This document shows, piece after piece, positions 13,008 through 27,598 of a stretch of 64,000 bases of DNA; the stretch's first letter is position 1; each line of letters starts with the position of its first letter. A model generated the notes under the pieces. That model was not told the origin of the DNA. It saw nothing but the letters and a program-made list of their open reading frames with translations, and did not search any database. The translations under genes and the position numbers were made by a program. The stretch comes from Octopus vulgaris (lineage: Eukaryota), in contig OX597817.1 in NCBI GenBank assembly GCA_951406725.2, positions 110,732,001 to 110,796,000 of the forward strand, read 5' to 3'.

Positions 13008-13379
13008 AGGTGTGGCTATGTGGTAAGAAGCTTGCTTCCTGACTGCATGGTTCCAGGTTCAATCCCACTGTGTGGCACCATGAACAAGTGTCTTATACTA
13101 TAGCCTTGGACTGATCAAAGCTTTGTGAGTGGATTTGGTAGATGGAAGCTGAAAGAATCCTGCTGTATATATGTGTGTTTGTGTCTGTCTTGTAGTACTG
13201 CTTGACAGCCAGTGTTGGTGTGTTTACTTCCCTGTAACTTAGCAGTTCAGCAAAAGAAATGGATAGAACAGGTTCCAGGATTAGCAAAATGGAAGAACTG
13301 GGGTTGATTCATTCAACTAAAAATTCTTCAAGGCAGCACCCCAGCATGGCTGCAGTCTAATGACCAAAAGAAGTAAAAG
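13008..13379 (+). mobile_element. SINE family A, near full length, diverged
   Basis: Head TGTGGCTATGTGGTAAGAAGCTTG through tail CCCAGCATGGCTGCAGTCTAATGAC...AAGTAAAAG. Confidence 0.88.
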
Positions 13380-13470
13380 TTAAACGATGTGAATAGAAGA
13401 GAGTAATTGTAGAGAAGAGATGATTGCAGACAATGTATCTGTCTCTGTCTGTATGTTTCTCCCCCCCCCC

Positions 13471-13521
<51 letters not shown>

Positions 13522-13852
13522 CAAAATATTCAAACACTGAAATTTGAAATCAGATGTCACTACTCTTCATATCATCTGTGGATAAATTTTAAAATTGATG
13601 ATATCACCAGCAGTGACTTAGATGGATCACAGGCGCAATAGCATTAAATAACTATGGATTATAAATTTATATAAATCCAAGGTTTTAGAATAAATACATT
13701 GTATTCCTGTATATTTGAGAGACAACTAAAAGGATTGGCATCCGGCAGAGTATCTGGTGATATAACACTCTCAAAAGGTCCTGTCCGATTCATGCAGCAT
13801 GGAAAAGTAGATTTAAAAATGATAAAGCTGCTAATTATATATTTTATGATTT

Positions 13853-13892
<40 letters not shown>

Positions 13893-14097
13893 TTGGTGTC
13901 ATCTTGATATTGCATGACAGTTGTAAACAAGTGTCACTTTCACACAGGAGTGTCTGTTGTTTCCAATCTTCCTTAAAAACTTACCTTACTATGGGGAAAT
14001 ATCTTACTTGGAAAGAGATAAAGGTCGACAGCATGAAGGGATAACAAATTCTGTCCAACTCACGTGAGCATAGAAATGTGCATGTTAAAATAATAAC

Positions 14098-14129
<32 letters not shown>

Positions 14130-14700
14130 TGTCTATAAAACAACATTTATTAATATTACATTTGTTCAAGAATTAATATTTACAAATATATACTAGATAT
14201 TTTATAGATTATTTCTTATAAAATGTATGCTATACTTAAAAAGAAAAAAACCAGCGTTATGACCAATAAATCTATTTTTATGTACGCAAGGAAGAAAACA
14301 CAAATGTATATGATGCAGATATGGCTAAACATAAGTTTCAGAAAGAAATTGAAAGAGAAAGATAATGTCCAAACAGTATTCTCTGTCTCTGTCTCTCTAT
14401 CTTTCTATCTCTCTCTCTAAATATCTTTAGAAAACATTTTTTTAATGTTATGGTTTTATTGGTTCAAATTTGAAAACAAAAAGAAAATTCTGTAAATTTA
14501 AGAAGATAGCTTTTGAAATATACTCTTCAGAAATAGGCACTTATAACTAAAGGAAATAAAGAAATTCATGCAAATTACTTATTAAAGGTGTGTAGCTATG
14601 TTCAGTCCAACCTTGCACTATTTAGTACCAATGTAGGATGAAGGACTGCTTTTTCTTTAATATAAAAATTGTTCTTTCTATTGTGTTCTCTTTTTGGAAA

Positions 14701-14737
<37 letters not shown>

Positions 14738-14899
14738 CATATAATAAATATATAATATGTTATATAATATATATATATGTGTGTATGCACTTATAAGATA
14801 TATATATATATAGAGAGAGAGAGATGGATGAAAAGAATATTCATATCTAACATTGTTATAAATTATTAATTATTGGAAATCATTATGTATGGCACCATA

Positions 14900-15100
14900 A
14901 AGGCTTGATCTGGTAGAATAGTTAAAGAACTGGAAAAAATGCTTTAAAGTATTTTTTCTGGCTCTTTATGTTCTGAATACAAATCTTTCTGAGGTCAACT
15001 TTGTCTTTTAAACCCTCCAGGGGTTGAAGAAATAAAGTACCAGTCAAGTACTGGGTTCATGGTGTTGAAAACTGCTGCCATTGTGTTCAAGTTAGAAGCC
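14900..15100 (+). mobile_element. SINE family B, diverged
   Basis: GAGGTCAACTTTGTCTTT...AAATAAAGTACCAGTCAAGTACTGGG matches the family B core. Confidence 0.7.
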
Positions 15101-15149
15101 ATTATGTGTGGCACCATATAATGGTAGGAGAATTAATTAGTTATAAATT

Positions 15150-15529
15150 TCTTTTTAATTCACTCATTAGACAGCAGTCATGCTGGGGTACTGCCTTGAA
15201 GAATTTTAGTTGACTGAATTGATCCCTAGTACTTTTATTTTTTCAAAGCCTGGTACGTATTCTATCGGTACCTTTTGTCAAACTGCTAAGTTAGGGGACA
15301 ACCAAAATCAGTTGTCTAGCAGTGGCAGGGGACAAGCACAGATGCAGATCTATCTGTATGTCTGTCTGTCTATACACGACAGGCTTCTTTCAGTTTCCAT
15401 CTACCAAATTCATTCACAAGGCTTTTGCATGCCCAGGGTTATAGTAGAAGGCCAAGATGCCATGCAGTAAGACTGAATCTGGAACCATGTGGGAAGCAAA
15501 CTTCTTACCATACAGCCACTCTTGCACCT
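15150..15529 (-). mobile_element. SINE family A, diverged
   Basis: Reverse complement of the family A tail, body and head (CTTCTTACCATACAGCCACTCTTGCACC). Confidence 0.85.
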
Positions 15530-16629
15530 AAACACTCATCTTAAAACAGTTTTACTCAGGAGTGGTTTTAAGGTGGTAACTTCAAATTATTAGGTAAGAC
15601 ATATAAGCAATAAAACAACTCATTTCTTAGTATCTTTGTATTGCCTGCCTCCAGCACTGCATATGACTAATTGTATGTAACTTGATGAGAACCAATAGTA
15701 TTAAACTTAATTTCATTTGTAATTTCTTTGCCAGTAATTTGCTATTTATAACTCTCCCAAATCACTTTACAACAGATCTAAATATGTTATAAATATATAT
15801 TCCTTTGTTTACATTTTATTTTATTTACAACATCAGTATATAGATGCAACACAGCTAGATAAGAAGTTTGCTTCACAGTAACAAGGACCTGGGATTGATC
15901 CTACTGCATATCATCTTGGGTCAACTTTGTGCGTGAAACAAGTTAGATGGAAATTGTGTGGAAACCTTGTGGGTGGATTGTGCTTGTCTTTTAACAGTTC
16001 AGCCTTGTTACACTGCACCATACTGATTCCTTGTGATAATTACACGTGTCCAAGGACTGCCTACTCCTTTACAGGTTAATGTAAATCACTTACACATCAT
16101 TGGGCAGATAGTTCAGTTGATCAAACAACTGAATATTCATCCACAAAACTGATGCAACAGAAGACTATTGCTATATATATGTGGCAAATTTTTAGTTGCT
16201 TGCTCTGTTTATTAACAAATACTAAAATAATTTAAAGTTACATTTGGAAATTCTTTGATGCTACATATCTCCAAGTCATGTTACATTCCATCACAACATA
16301 TATTTCACATACCTTCAAGATGTAAATGTCTGATCTGATGCATTCATAAACAAGATATAAAGCTGCTTCTTATTCTTTATTTTGTATTTTTTTCTTTCAT
16401 TTTATTTTTCATTTATTATTTTGTTTATTTTATATTTAAAAGAGATTTAGTTAGTCAGAGAAATGATTAAGCAGTGGTTGAGGATGTTTTAGATGTTTTA
16501 GAAATTTAGGAGTGGAAGTTTGAATTATAACTGTGTTAAGAATTTTGGTTTCTTCATAAAGATAGAGAGAAGTAGGGTAAAACTATGGCATATAGTCTAT
16601 GTATACATTACTATAACATTGGAAACAAA

Positions 16630-16870
16630 AGCAGGGAATTAGCACAAGTGCTAGAGCATTGGATGACTTCACAGCATTTATTCTGGCTCTTTGCATTCTG
16701 AATTCAAATTCTTCTGAAATTAATTTTACCTTTTTTCCTTTTAGAATTGATCAAAGTATCAGTCTAAGGCAATGAACTTCAGGAATTGTTGGATATTAGA
16801 TGAGATATCTTGTGGTATTTGTTTTGGCCTTTTGTATTCTGATTTCAAATCCCAGCTTGGCCTATCAGCC
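16630..16870 (+). mobile_element. Two tandem diverged SINE B head/core fragments
   Basis: TTCTGAATTCAAATTC at ~16697 and TTCTGATTTCAAATCC at ~16837, each preceded by a family B head-like segment. Confidence 0.55.
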
Positions 16871-18302
16871 ATTATGGGGAGAGTTGTAACTCCACCATGT
16901 ACACACACACGGTGTGTGAAATACAAGTATTTTGACCAATGCTCTGACACTTGTGCCAATTCACTGTTTTTGTTCCCAATATCATGATAATGTAAATATA
17001 GACTACAAGCTGTAGCTTTACCTACTTCTCTTGCATCTTTACTAAGATATTGAAATTCTTAACATTGTGATCATTCAAACTTTCACTAGTTAAACCATTG
17101 ATAGCATTTGAGTGATCCATGGTCTTGAAACTGTTGAAAACAGACGATAGCTAGCGATAATGAACATTTGAAAATGAAACATAAGAAGTAGTGTATGGTT
17201 TAATTCCTTTGAAGGCAGTCGAAGCATAATTAATTTTTAATTATTTATTTTAATTTCAAATAAAGCATATTTTGGACTGCTTTATTGAATATATCCTAAC
17301 CTTTTTAAGCTGGCAAAGGCATAGTTTGAGGCAAGAGTTTGCTGGTATTTCCTGCAGGTTGTGCAACCGTGTAAGGGTTCCCTTGTTGCTTTGTAGAAGC
17401 ACCAGTTATAATCTAAGGTTGACTGAGTATATCCATCTCCTAAAAATTTTGTGAGAAATCAATATTTCCCTACATCATACTAACATAAGACTTCAATGTT
17501 GAGTTATAAAAATGGCAGTCATCGAAAAAGATCAAAGCTCTAATCAAAGTAATAATTTTGTTTTTGTAGTACTGCTCTGGAATCTCTAACAATTGTTCAT
17601 GAATAATTCTTTGAAATTTCTCTTATAAACCTATGTCCTTTCTTTATAAAGTTCTCTAAAGGAGATTAGAAGTATAAACGAATTGTCAGATTTGTCGAGA
17701 GATTAAGGTTTGTTACTATTAATGAGTTCAAAAAGACACAGCTCAAAAAAATATGTTTATACATTTATAGTTTTGTCATGTATTGGTCAAAATCTAAGCA
17801 ATATTGAGAGAATCAGTGTAGTCTACTTTTGTTTCCTGTTCGCATATATTTTGATACGTATTGGAATAAATCTGTCATGTTTTCATTATCAACATGAAAG
17901 GCTGAAATTTGTGTGTGTGTGCATCCAAGGAATGGGGGCAGATGATCAGCTTTTTATCTTTGCAGTAACTCTTAGTTTCTATATTCAGTTTTGACTTTGG
18001 AGACTATTTTGTGCTAAGAGGTTTTGGTAAGCTTTCTGTAACAAAAACATCTGATGATACTGCAGATCAGTAAGTAACATGGAATTTCAATAACAGTCTT
18101 ATTTTTACTACTTAGCACATCAAATTAAATAATATTCATTACTTGCTTGTATTAATCTAAAATGTTGACACATGTTGTTGGGTCAGAACCTCCATTTATC
18201 AAGTTGTGGTCTTGTTTGTACATAGTTATGCTCACAATAATTGCAAGGATACTGATGTATAATTTAGCATTTGGAGCATATATTTTTCCATTTTAAAGAC
18301 AT

Positions 18303-18675
18303 TCTCTTTTACTTGTTTCAGTCATTTGACTGCAGCCATGCTGGAGCACCACCTTGTAGTCAAGCAAATCAACCCCAGAACTTATTTTTTTGTAAGCCTA
18401 GTACTTATTTTATCCGTCTCTTATGCCGAACTGCTAAGTTACGGGGACATAAACACACCAACATTGGTTGTCAAGCAATGTTGTGGAGACAAACCCACAC
18501 ACACACACATACGACGGGCTTCCTTCAGTTTTCATCTACCAAATCCACTCACAAGGCTTTGGTCGGCCCGATGCTATAGTAGAAGATACTTGCCCAAGGT
18601 GTCACGCAGTGGGACTGAACCCGGAACCATGTGGTTGGTAAGCAAGCTACTTACCACACAACCACTCCTGCACCT
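18303..18675 (-). mobile_element. SINE family A, full length, relatively young
   Basis: High similarity to 23111-23526 in reverse orientation, with many CpGs retained. Confidence 0.92.
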
Positions 18676-19939
18676 GTGAAGAATTTGTTCAGAGAGGCAA
18701 GCCTGTTGCTTGCATTTCTGTCATGCTAATCCAGCTTGGGAATTATGTGAAAGTTATTGTTGTCTGTGGAATACTCAGCCACTTCTATATTAATTTAACA
18801 AGTTAGATGTTTAGTTGGTCCAACAAATGAATGCTCATTGTTAAAACCAACAAAGGATTCCTCATGAACACCATGAACAATGTTGATATGACATTTCAGT
18901 TCTTACTTCTCCTGATTTGGCCTTCACCTAATGTGGAACCTGCTACAATATTTGACTACACCTTTTTTTTAAAACTTTACTTCCTCTATCATTGTTTGGT
19001 TCCCACTTTACTTGTATCAACCCTCACACTAATCACACTATCTCACACACTACTCACACCATGTCCCACTGGCATTTCATTTTCTCTCTAACCACATCAA
19101 TTCCTTCATTCATTTTTCTGATCTGCTAATTTTGTAACCTAGGTGATGAAATTTTAATATTCGCTCCCTGATGAACAAGCACTCAAAACATTGCATTCTT
19201 TTACTCCTAATGGCAAATCATTCACAGAGTGAGCTCTTGTAAAATTCTTATGATAGTATCTTTCATTAGAAAGTTTCATTAATCTGTCTTTTTTTGAATA
19301 TTTGAATTTAAAAATCTAAATATGTTGAGTGGATCATTTTTATTATAATAGTATCTAGCAGGGAAACAACAAAGATCAGTAAGAGTAAAAAGGATGTTAT
19401 ATTCTTTATTGTTGAATTTCATACAGTATTTTTAAAACTGAAATGTAACAAATCTGACAGCCTCTGACCAGTGTATGTGGTTTGTGGGGTTGACCGTGCC
19501 CTCTGCTTCATTTTTTGTAAATCACTCATTCTCATTTAATTGTATATATTTTAACTGTTTATTTGTACGTTTTGTCTCATTTAATACCCCGACCCCAATG
19601 TTTGGTTTGTCTGTCCTTGTATCGTCCCCTCTTTTTCTCAACCTCATGGTTAATAAAGATATTGACTGAAGGATACCCTGTGATAAAACATTTAGAGATA
19701 ATATGTAGATGTACCAAAAGGGAAGTACAATTAAGTCTTAATGATTATACGTGTATTGTTATTTAGTTTGCAAACCAACCTTGATTAATAAGACTTGTGA
19801 TGAAGCATTCCAGCTATGATAAAACAGTGTCTCTAACATTACATTATTTTTGTCCTATTTTTATGATTTGAGAGAGGTTTGGCTAAAACTACTAGCTGGT
19901 TAAGCAATTATGTAAAGACTCTTTTTATTAGTTCATCTT

Positions 19940-20258
19940 TTTTAGTGACTAGAATGTGGCCATGCTGGGGCATTACTTTGAAAGATTTTTAATTGATCAT
20001 ATTAATCAGAATGTTTGTGCTAGTCTGGTACTTATTGATCTGTAACTGCTAAGTTTCTGGACATAAGAGTGTAAAGACAGGTAAGGAGACAGACAGACAG
20101 ACATGAACTCACACATATGACAGGAATTTGTATGGTTTCTGTTTATCAATTTCTTTCATATGAAATTGGTCCCTAGATTATGGTTGAAAACTCTTACTCA
20201 AAATACCACTCATTGACACTAATCCCTAAACCACATGGCTGAGCTGTGAACTTCTTAA
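19940..20258 (-). mobile_element. SINE family A, old degenerate copy
   Basis: GTGGCCATGCTGGGGCA, AACTGCTAAGTT and AAACCACATGGCT occur in the expected order. Confidence 0.6.
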
Positions 20259-20640
20259 GTCTTAATATTTTCATCTATTGTTGTTTGGTCTGTACACCAA
20301 TTTGACTAAGCAAACTTATGATGTAAGGCCTTCCAGTCATGACAAGGCAGTGTATCTAGTGCTACATTATTTTGTATGTTCTTTCATTTTTAAGATGTTA
20401 GCCATACCTGCTTTTTACTTCATTTTCTTTTTTTTTTTCTTTTTGCGGACTTTACTTACTGTGGCTAAGCAGGTCATCATTTTGTAAGGCAGGAAATCTT
20501 TTAAATCTTAATCTGAACATTGAAATCTCTTTTTAGTCTCTTATATACAAATTTACTCTCAGGTTAATTTTTCTTTCGCTCTTTACTTTTTATCATTTTC
20601 CCAATGTTCAACTTGTTCACATCTGTTCTGTCTAAACCTC

Positions 20641-20718
20641 GTTTTCTCATTAATTTCTGGTTTAGCCTTTGTTTTCTCATTAATTTCTGACTTACCCTTT
20701 GTTTTCTCATTAATTTCT
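20641..20718. repeat. 30-bp tandem repeat, ~2.6 copies
   Basis: GTTTTCTCATTAATTTCT at 20641, 20671 and 20701. Confidence 0.9.
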
Positions 20719-23064
20719 TCCTTCAGTTTCCTTCATATAATCTCTCACTATTCCTATTCTTGTCCATTTTACTTTTTAATTCTCTCACTGAGGTTTTCTC
20801 TTTTTTTTTCATGTTAACTCAACTGTACTGAAGTTGAAGTTAATTATACATTATTGTCAATAGTCTCTTCACAACAATATCATTATTTACCAGTCCTTGA
20901 TTTCTTTTGATTATTGTATCAGTGTAAAAAAATACTGAAAAATGCAATGAGAGAATACATACCAAAGGAAAACATCTATTTACTTATTTATTGGTTAGAA
21001 CAGCTTTCTAAAAAAACCTAAAGAACAAAGGAAGAAAAATAATCAGGAAAAAACGCCAGTAATTAATTTGGTTAGCTTGCAGTTGTTTTCTAACAGTTAC
21101 TTGTTAAGGAACTCATGTTACAATAGAAGAAGAGTGTTCATCAGTATTTCTAACATCAAAAGTGATCAAAATCTTTACTAAGCTCTACGCTACATTAAAA
21201 AAGAACTCACAAAAAAACTCAGTTTCACAACCATTTTTCAATTTCTTGAACTTGTAAATTTTAAAAATGTTTTTGCTTCCAAATTTTGAAATATAAATTA
21301 TTGGATTAAGTGATTTTGACTCTTTACTGCTAATGTGGTGGCTATATTTAGCTAAACAAACTATGTAATGAGTTTTGCTTAGTAATACAACTTGGGGATT
21401 ATAAAAAAAAATTGTCAAGTCATTTCACCATCACATCCTTTTCCCTTGTCATCTATTTCAATTTGAAGCCTTCTCTACATATGGAGTGTTGTGGTCAGCT
21501 TGAATTATCAACATTATCTCATTTAATATGTAGATATTGGTGTTGGGTATTTTGAAGTATCTATGTTGTATAATGCTATTTTGTAATTATGTAGGCATGA
21601 GCATTAAATTGGAATATTTAATAGTTGTTTACATAATACATCTAGAATTTTTTCTTGACACAGGATAATCAGGGCCATATTATTTAATGCATTCTATTTT
21701 TAAGACATTGGGATGTAAATGGAGTGAGATTTGGTTGCTATTTCTCGTTAATTGAACGACTACATTGAGGCTCAGTCATTGGTTTGTATAAATAGTTTTA
21801 TAGAATGTAATTTATTACTGAACATCAGTTTCTTTTTGTAACATATGTATTGAATAACATTTTCTGTTAAAAAAGATTAAGCTTATTGTGTTGCTATAGT
21901 TATTGTTTAATCACTAAAATTGATGTTAGCTGAAAGGAACCGTTATTAAAAATTAGCTCTGAGATTCTTAGGTCAAATTTATTTTATCATATTTTTTATT
22001 TGCTTCCAATAAAAGGATACCTTTGATCTACCATTGGGAATTGATGAATAGATATATACTAGAAAAGCTGTCGAGGATTTTATAGTTATGCAAAACAGAA
22101 AGTCTTCAAATGTTACCCATGAGATATGATTTGCATTCACTAGGCTTTCAATGATACAGCTTTTGAAGTACATTACATTTTTATTCTTAATCCTTGTGGA
22201 GACATGCATCTGGCAAGTTATGATTCACTAGACATTTGCACGAGACAAACTACTGGATTGCATTAGAATATTGTATGAATATTATAAATTGGCAAACAGC
22301 AGGTAGTAGGCTCCATCATCATCTACACTTATGTTTTTCCACTTGTTAAGGATAGGTACATGATATATAATTTCACCTCTTGCATTATTTTAATGCTGTT
22401 GGTAAACAATTTCTGGATTCAAGAATTGCTTTCCCTATCCAGTATGTTTATTTTCAATCAGATATCCAGATATATTCATTTCTGTTTACATTAATTTTTT
22501 TTCTTATTCATACCACTTTAACACTACATTTTTTTTGTCAAGAAAAAAGGTCAATGTTAACTGTTTTCTCAAGAAAGAATTGTTTATAATTACTTTTTTT
22601 GTTGTTGTTGTAGTTGTTGCTTATATCAGCCTACATTGATTCTTAGTGTTTTAAATTAACAGTATCATATTATTTTTATCAATCACCAAGAGATAGAAAA
22701 TATCCATACAGTTTTAAGTTTGTTTTCCCAACTACTGGTTTCCAACTCTATAATTAGAGCTCAGTACATCTGTTTAAGAACAAAAATGCTGTCACTTTAC
22801 AACATAAAAATAACAACAAAGAAAGGCAAAACTATACAAATAAACATTATTGGAATAAACCTAATTTTTATTTTGGTATTTTATTAATCACTACTCTTGA
22901 AATAAACAAGCCTTACATTACCAATAAGAGTAGTCATGTTGTCTAATGCTTACTAGACAGTTACTTTGAAAGATATCCTAGGTTTTATAATAAGAATGCC
23001 TCCAACCACTGTTACTTTACTCTTGCTCTAAACTGTGGTATACACTCCAAAAGTGAGGATTATA

Positions 23065-23110
<46 letters not shown>

Positions 23111-23112
<2 letters not shown>

Positions 23113-23272
23113 CGCAGGAGTGGCTGTGTGGTAAGTAGTTTGCTTACCAACCACATGGTTCCGGGTTCAGTCCCACTGCGTGGCACCTTGGGCAAGTGTC
23201 TTCTACTATAGCCTCGGGCCGACCAAAGCCTTGTGAGTGGATTTGGTAGACAGGAAACTGACAGAAGCCCAT

Positions 23273-23325
<53 letters not shown>

Positions 23326-23526
23326 ATGTTTATGTGTCTGTGTTTGTCCCCCTAGCATTGCTTGACAACCGATGCTGGTGTGTTTATGTCCCCGTCACTT
23401 AGCGGTTCGGCAAAAGAGACCGATAGAATAAGTCCCGGGGTCGAGTTGCTCGACTAAAGGCGGTGCTCCAGCATGGCTGCAGTCAACTGACTGAAACAAG
23501 TAAAAGAGTAAAGAGTAAAAGAGTAT
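23111..23526 (+). mobile_element. SINE family A, young copy inserted at a (TA)n tract
   Basis: GGCGCAGGAGTGGCTGTGTGGTAAG head, CpG-rich, with a repeated (A)AAGAGTA tail. Preceded by (TA)n and followed by an older degenerate head. Confidence 0.93.
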
Positions 23527-23815
23527 AGGCATGATTATGTGTTTAAGAAGTTCACTTTATGTTTTTGGCTTCAGTCCTACTGCCCAGTAACCTTCTACAT
23601 TTGTCAGCACAGCCTTATGAATAAATTTGGTAGACAGAATCTCAGGAAAGTTGTTGTGTGTGTGAGTGCTTGATTGTTGATATTCCATGCTTGTCACTGC
23701 CTGAGTGAAATGGTGATGATGATGATTGACATTCCTTGTTGTCACTGACATCAATCACTACATTTTTAAAGAAATAAATCCCTCACTTGAAAAGAGGAAA
23801 GAGATGGCATGTATG

Positions 23816-23850
<35 letters not shown>

Positions 23851-25199
23851 GTGTGTGTTTATAGATGTATGTATTTAATAATTATTGTCATACTATTTCC
23901 ATGTAAGCATTGGTTGAATATACCTGAAATGTGGGGCTTTACATGTGACTAAATCCTGCTCTTTGTTTTGTATTAGAAGAGTTTGTGGCTGGTGCTTTTT
24001 GAGAAATTTTAAAAATATCTTTGCTGTTAGTGGGTCTTTTTTTTATCTTGTGAGAATTCCTTGTTTATTTACCATCTGCTATAATCATTATACTAACACT
24101 AGAATTGTTTTTCCAGACATAAAGCTTTATGTAATATATAAACTGAGCACAATAGCTAAGGTGGTAAATTCCCTGCAAATTATGGTATGACTTATATTCT
24201 GTGCATTGTAGTAGCTATTTCATCCATTCTTCTGTTACCCTTAGGAAAGGCATGAATATCATGACTGTTTTCTGAATTCAATAACATTATCTATTGATGA
24301 AAGCCTCAGAAAAAATCAAGCAATTAATTAATACTAATGTATGATATAAATGATTTCTTTTATGTGCTAATAGAAGGCTGATATTTAAAGGATATTTATA
24401 ATTTTTGGAGGATTATAATACTATAGTTATTTCATAATTTTGCCACTGTTCTAGCTTTTCTAAATACCTATTTAGCTTTACATAGTTACCTTTGATATGG
24501 AAACCCACAGTATTTTTAGTAAATTGTCTATCATACAAAATATCAAAAAAAAAAAAAAAAAAAAAAAAGAAAATAGAAACCAGCTATGCAGTAGATTACC
24601 TAGTTGTATGTAAGTTTTAATAGTTGATTTAGAATCTTTCTGTTTGCTTGAGGCACTTATCATCTATAAACAATGAAACTGCATGAACTTAATCATCTAA
24701 TTATTAGCACAATAGATTTGTATGTATTTCTATTTTCTTCATAATTTAACCTTTTGGAGATGTGGCAAACTAATATTTCTACACTGAAGAAGATAGAATC
24801 ACTTTTTTTTTGTGAGATACATAAAAATGTGTCTTAATAGACAAAGAAGTCTATATAAAACCTTATAGAAATTTGTCTCATTTTTTTCTTTCTAGCAGTA
24901 AACTGGCTGGCAGATAGATTGGCCTAATAGTTTTATTATAGGTTTAATATTATTTTACAGATATTTAACTTAGTGACAAACTAGATTACAGAAATAGTAA
25001 AATCAACTGGCTTTTTGAAAGATTGAGATAGCAACTGTGAAACAGCAAGTATAATTTGGTCCAAGTGAAGTGTAAAGTATACTGAAAAACAATATTATCC
25101 AACCAGATCAGAAGCATAGACAACAGACCATAAGAAAGAAAAACAAGAACTTCATGAGTCAGTCAAGAGTGCCTAAATGAAAATGGCTCAAGACCAGTC

Positions 25200-25600
25200 A
25201 GCTCTAAGGAGCAAAGACTGAAGTAATTAGTGGGAAAAAGAAGGGTTGATTTTGTGGAGGTACATTTGCTAGAAGAGACACTTGGTGATAGTGAAGCTAA
25301 GCATATGAGGGTTCTAGTTGTGTAGTGTTCATACTGAAGTGGTGAGGTCAGGTATGGTAATGTTTTCTTGACATGTAGTGATTGTCTTTGTACTGTTGAA
25401 GAAGACAAGATTGGCATGGCAACATTGGAGAATGTTTTGAGGTCTCTCTTATAGAATCAATGCAAATTTGTCATGCTCTGTCAAGATTGCAAGTGGATAT
25501 CATTTAGTTTTGTTATGGAGGAATGCAAGATGATATCCTCTGGGATGGTTTTGCAGAGTTTTGGTGCTTAGGGAAAGGTGTCCAACTTGTAGGGGTTTTG
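25200..25600 (-). mobile_element. Possible highly decayed Penelope-like endonuclease-region fragment
   Basis: The minus strand gives GTFP*APKLCKTIP and RTLICLASLSP, loosely like the GTFPC..CKTCP and LIF.LGTL.P segments of Penelope-like ORFs. Many stops and frameshifts. Confidence 0.3.
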
Positions 25601-26307
25601 GATTTGGTTTGCAAGATTCTTTATGTGAGGTCATGTGTTAAAGCATATTCTGTTGTCTGTGTCTGGGGAGAGTCATTTAAATTATAAGGCACAAAAAGAA
25701 AATTGCTCTCCCCAGACACAACAGAATATATATATATATATTGAGTGACCATACCAACACAAATGAGAGAAGAATGCTTGGAATAAGAGTTGTGAGAGAA
25801 GGAGAAAAAGAGAGAAAAAGTGGGATAAAGTTGGATGTGTTATTGTTTAATTGTAAAGTAATGGCTTAGTTGTTGCACTGCTTAATCTAGCTTTGTGTGT
25901 GTGCACGTGCACGTGTGCATGCACATAGGTTCCTCATCATACAAGCATATATTCCTCTTCCCTCTATCACTCTCCTCTCTATGGCATTATTCTGCTGCTG
26001 TAATGAAATCAGAACTTGTTGTTACAAACCATATATCACCTTTTCTGTACTGTCAGTCATCACTGTCTCTCCTCTGAGCTATTTCCAAGAGGCATTGGCG
26101 TAAGATGTGATCCTCTATTCTTTTGGATCCTGTCAAATCATCCAACCCATATCAGCATGGAAAGCAAGCATAAAAATGATGTTATATATGTAGGTATATA
26201 TGTTTTATCCTAACACTGAGTGATTGTCCATGTGAATATGTTCATGTAGCTATTTCACTGTGAAATAGAGCTCCAATTGTGACTGTCCCTTTTTTTTCAA
26301 ACATATG

Positions 26308-26401
26308 TCTGGGACTACATTATGTTGTCTTTCAACTCTATGATGGTAGTTTGTGATTTGAGGAAGATTTGGTTGCTATTTCTGTTTAAGAATGTAACAC
26401 T
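26308..26401 (+). repeat. 94-bp local direct duplication, copy 1
   Basis: Matches 27599-27692 with 4 mismatches by eye. Confidence 0.9.
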
Positions 26402-27598
26402 TACAATAAATTGTAATTTATAACACTTATCTATGTATCCTAATGACTCATCATGGATATATCTAACCTTACATCTTCTCAGTTTAAATATAGATTTTGA
26501 ATGAACTCATACCTGGGAGTGATGTAGCTAGCTTTATGTTTTGATTTATTATATTGCTGTTCATGTATTGACATAAAGAAAAAATGTTACACTTACAGTT
26601 TATGTATTTTTATAATGACAGTATGTTTGATGAGTGTGTGTTCTATATATATAACAAGAAGGAAGGATAACAGATAGGTTTTTATATAACTTTCTTTTGG
26701 TTTTCACTATTCATTAAAAATACAAATTATCTTTTTATCTGTTTGAAAATGTTTACTGCTGAAAACCATTCCAGTTCAGTGTGAATTAAGCAGTGATGTA
26801 TGCAATTACAAACTTGCTGCAAGTCTGAAGAAGGATTGGCAGTAATTTATTATCTGCAAGATTATTAAAGACACACACACTTCAGTTTTAGATTGAAACA
26901 ACTCAATTCTTCTATTATGAATTATTTCTTTTTACTGAATCATAAACTAGGATTGTTTGGAGTGTAACTGAACGAGGAACAAGTAGTCTCCAATGAACTT
27001 CATTGATGTTATAATACTTTTAATCATCACCATAATAATCTTTATCTTCCTCAACATTTTAACATTCTTCAATCATTATCCTGTTCTTCACATCCACAGT
27101 CCTGATTGCTGCTAGTTCCCAGCTCCTACCTTGTTCTGTACCATTGACTCTTATTCACCATTCAATGAGATATGCTGCCTTTGATTAATGTCAAGAGAGA
27201 GGGTCTTTGGTTGTGGAGGTTCAGTGTGCAAATTAGAGTAAATGAGAGTGTTTGTCATAGCTTGTTGATATCTGTGTACAAGTGTTGCATGTTGTGTATG
27301 TGAGAGCATGTGAGGTTACTTGCAATTTTTTTTGCTCTCAGTCACAAAATTCTCTTTCTTTTTCTCCCTGTTTGTCTCTCTTTTTTTTCTGTTTGTCTCT
27401 CTTCTCTTCTCCTCTCCCCTTCCTCTTTCTCACATTTATTGGCAAGCATAGCTGATAGCAAAGAAGTCAGATGCCCATTATAAGCTGTGGAGAGCTGTCA
27501 TCATTTTTGACTGTATGATAATATTTCCCCTCCCCACAAACCAAAAATTTATAGCATTGAAGATTGTTCATCCTACCTAGTTATTGTCATCATCCTCA

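Noticed and set aside
23111-23185. tRNA gene
   Set aside because: A/B-box-like head continues into SINE body and recurs in many copies. No complete cloverleaf is evident.
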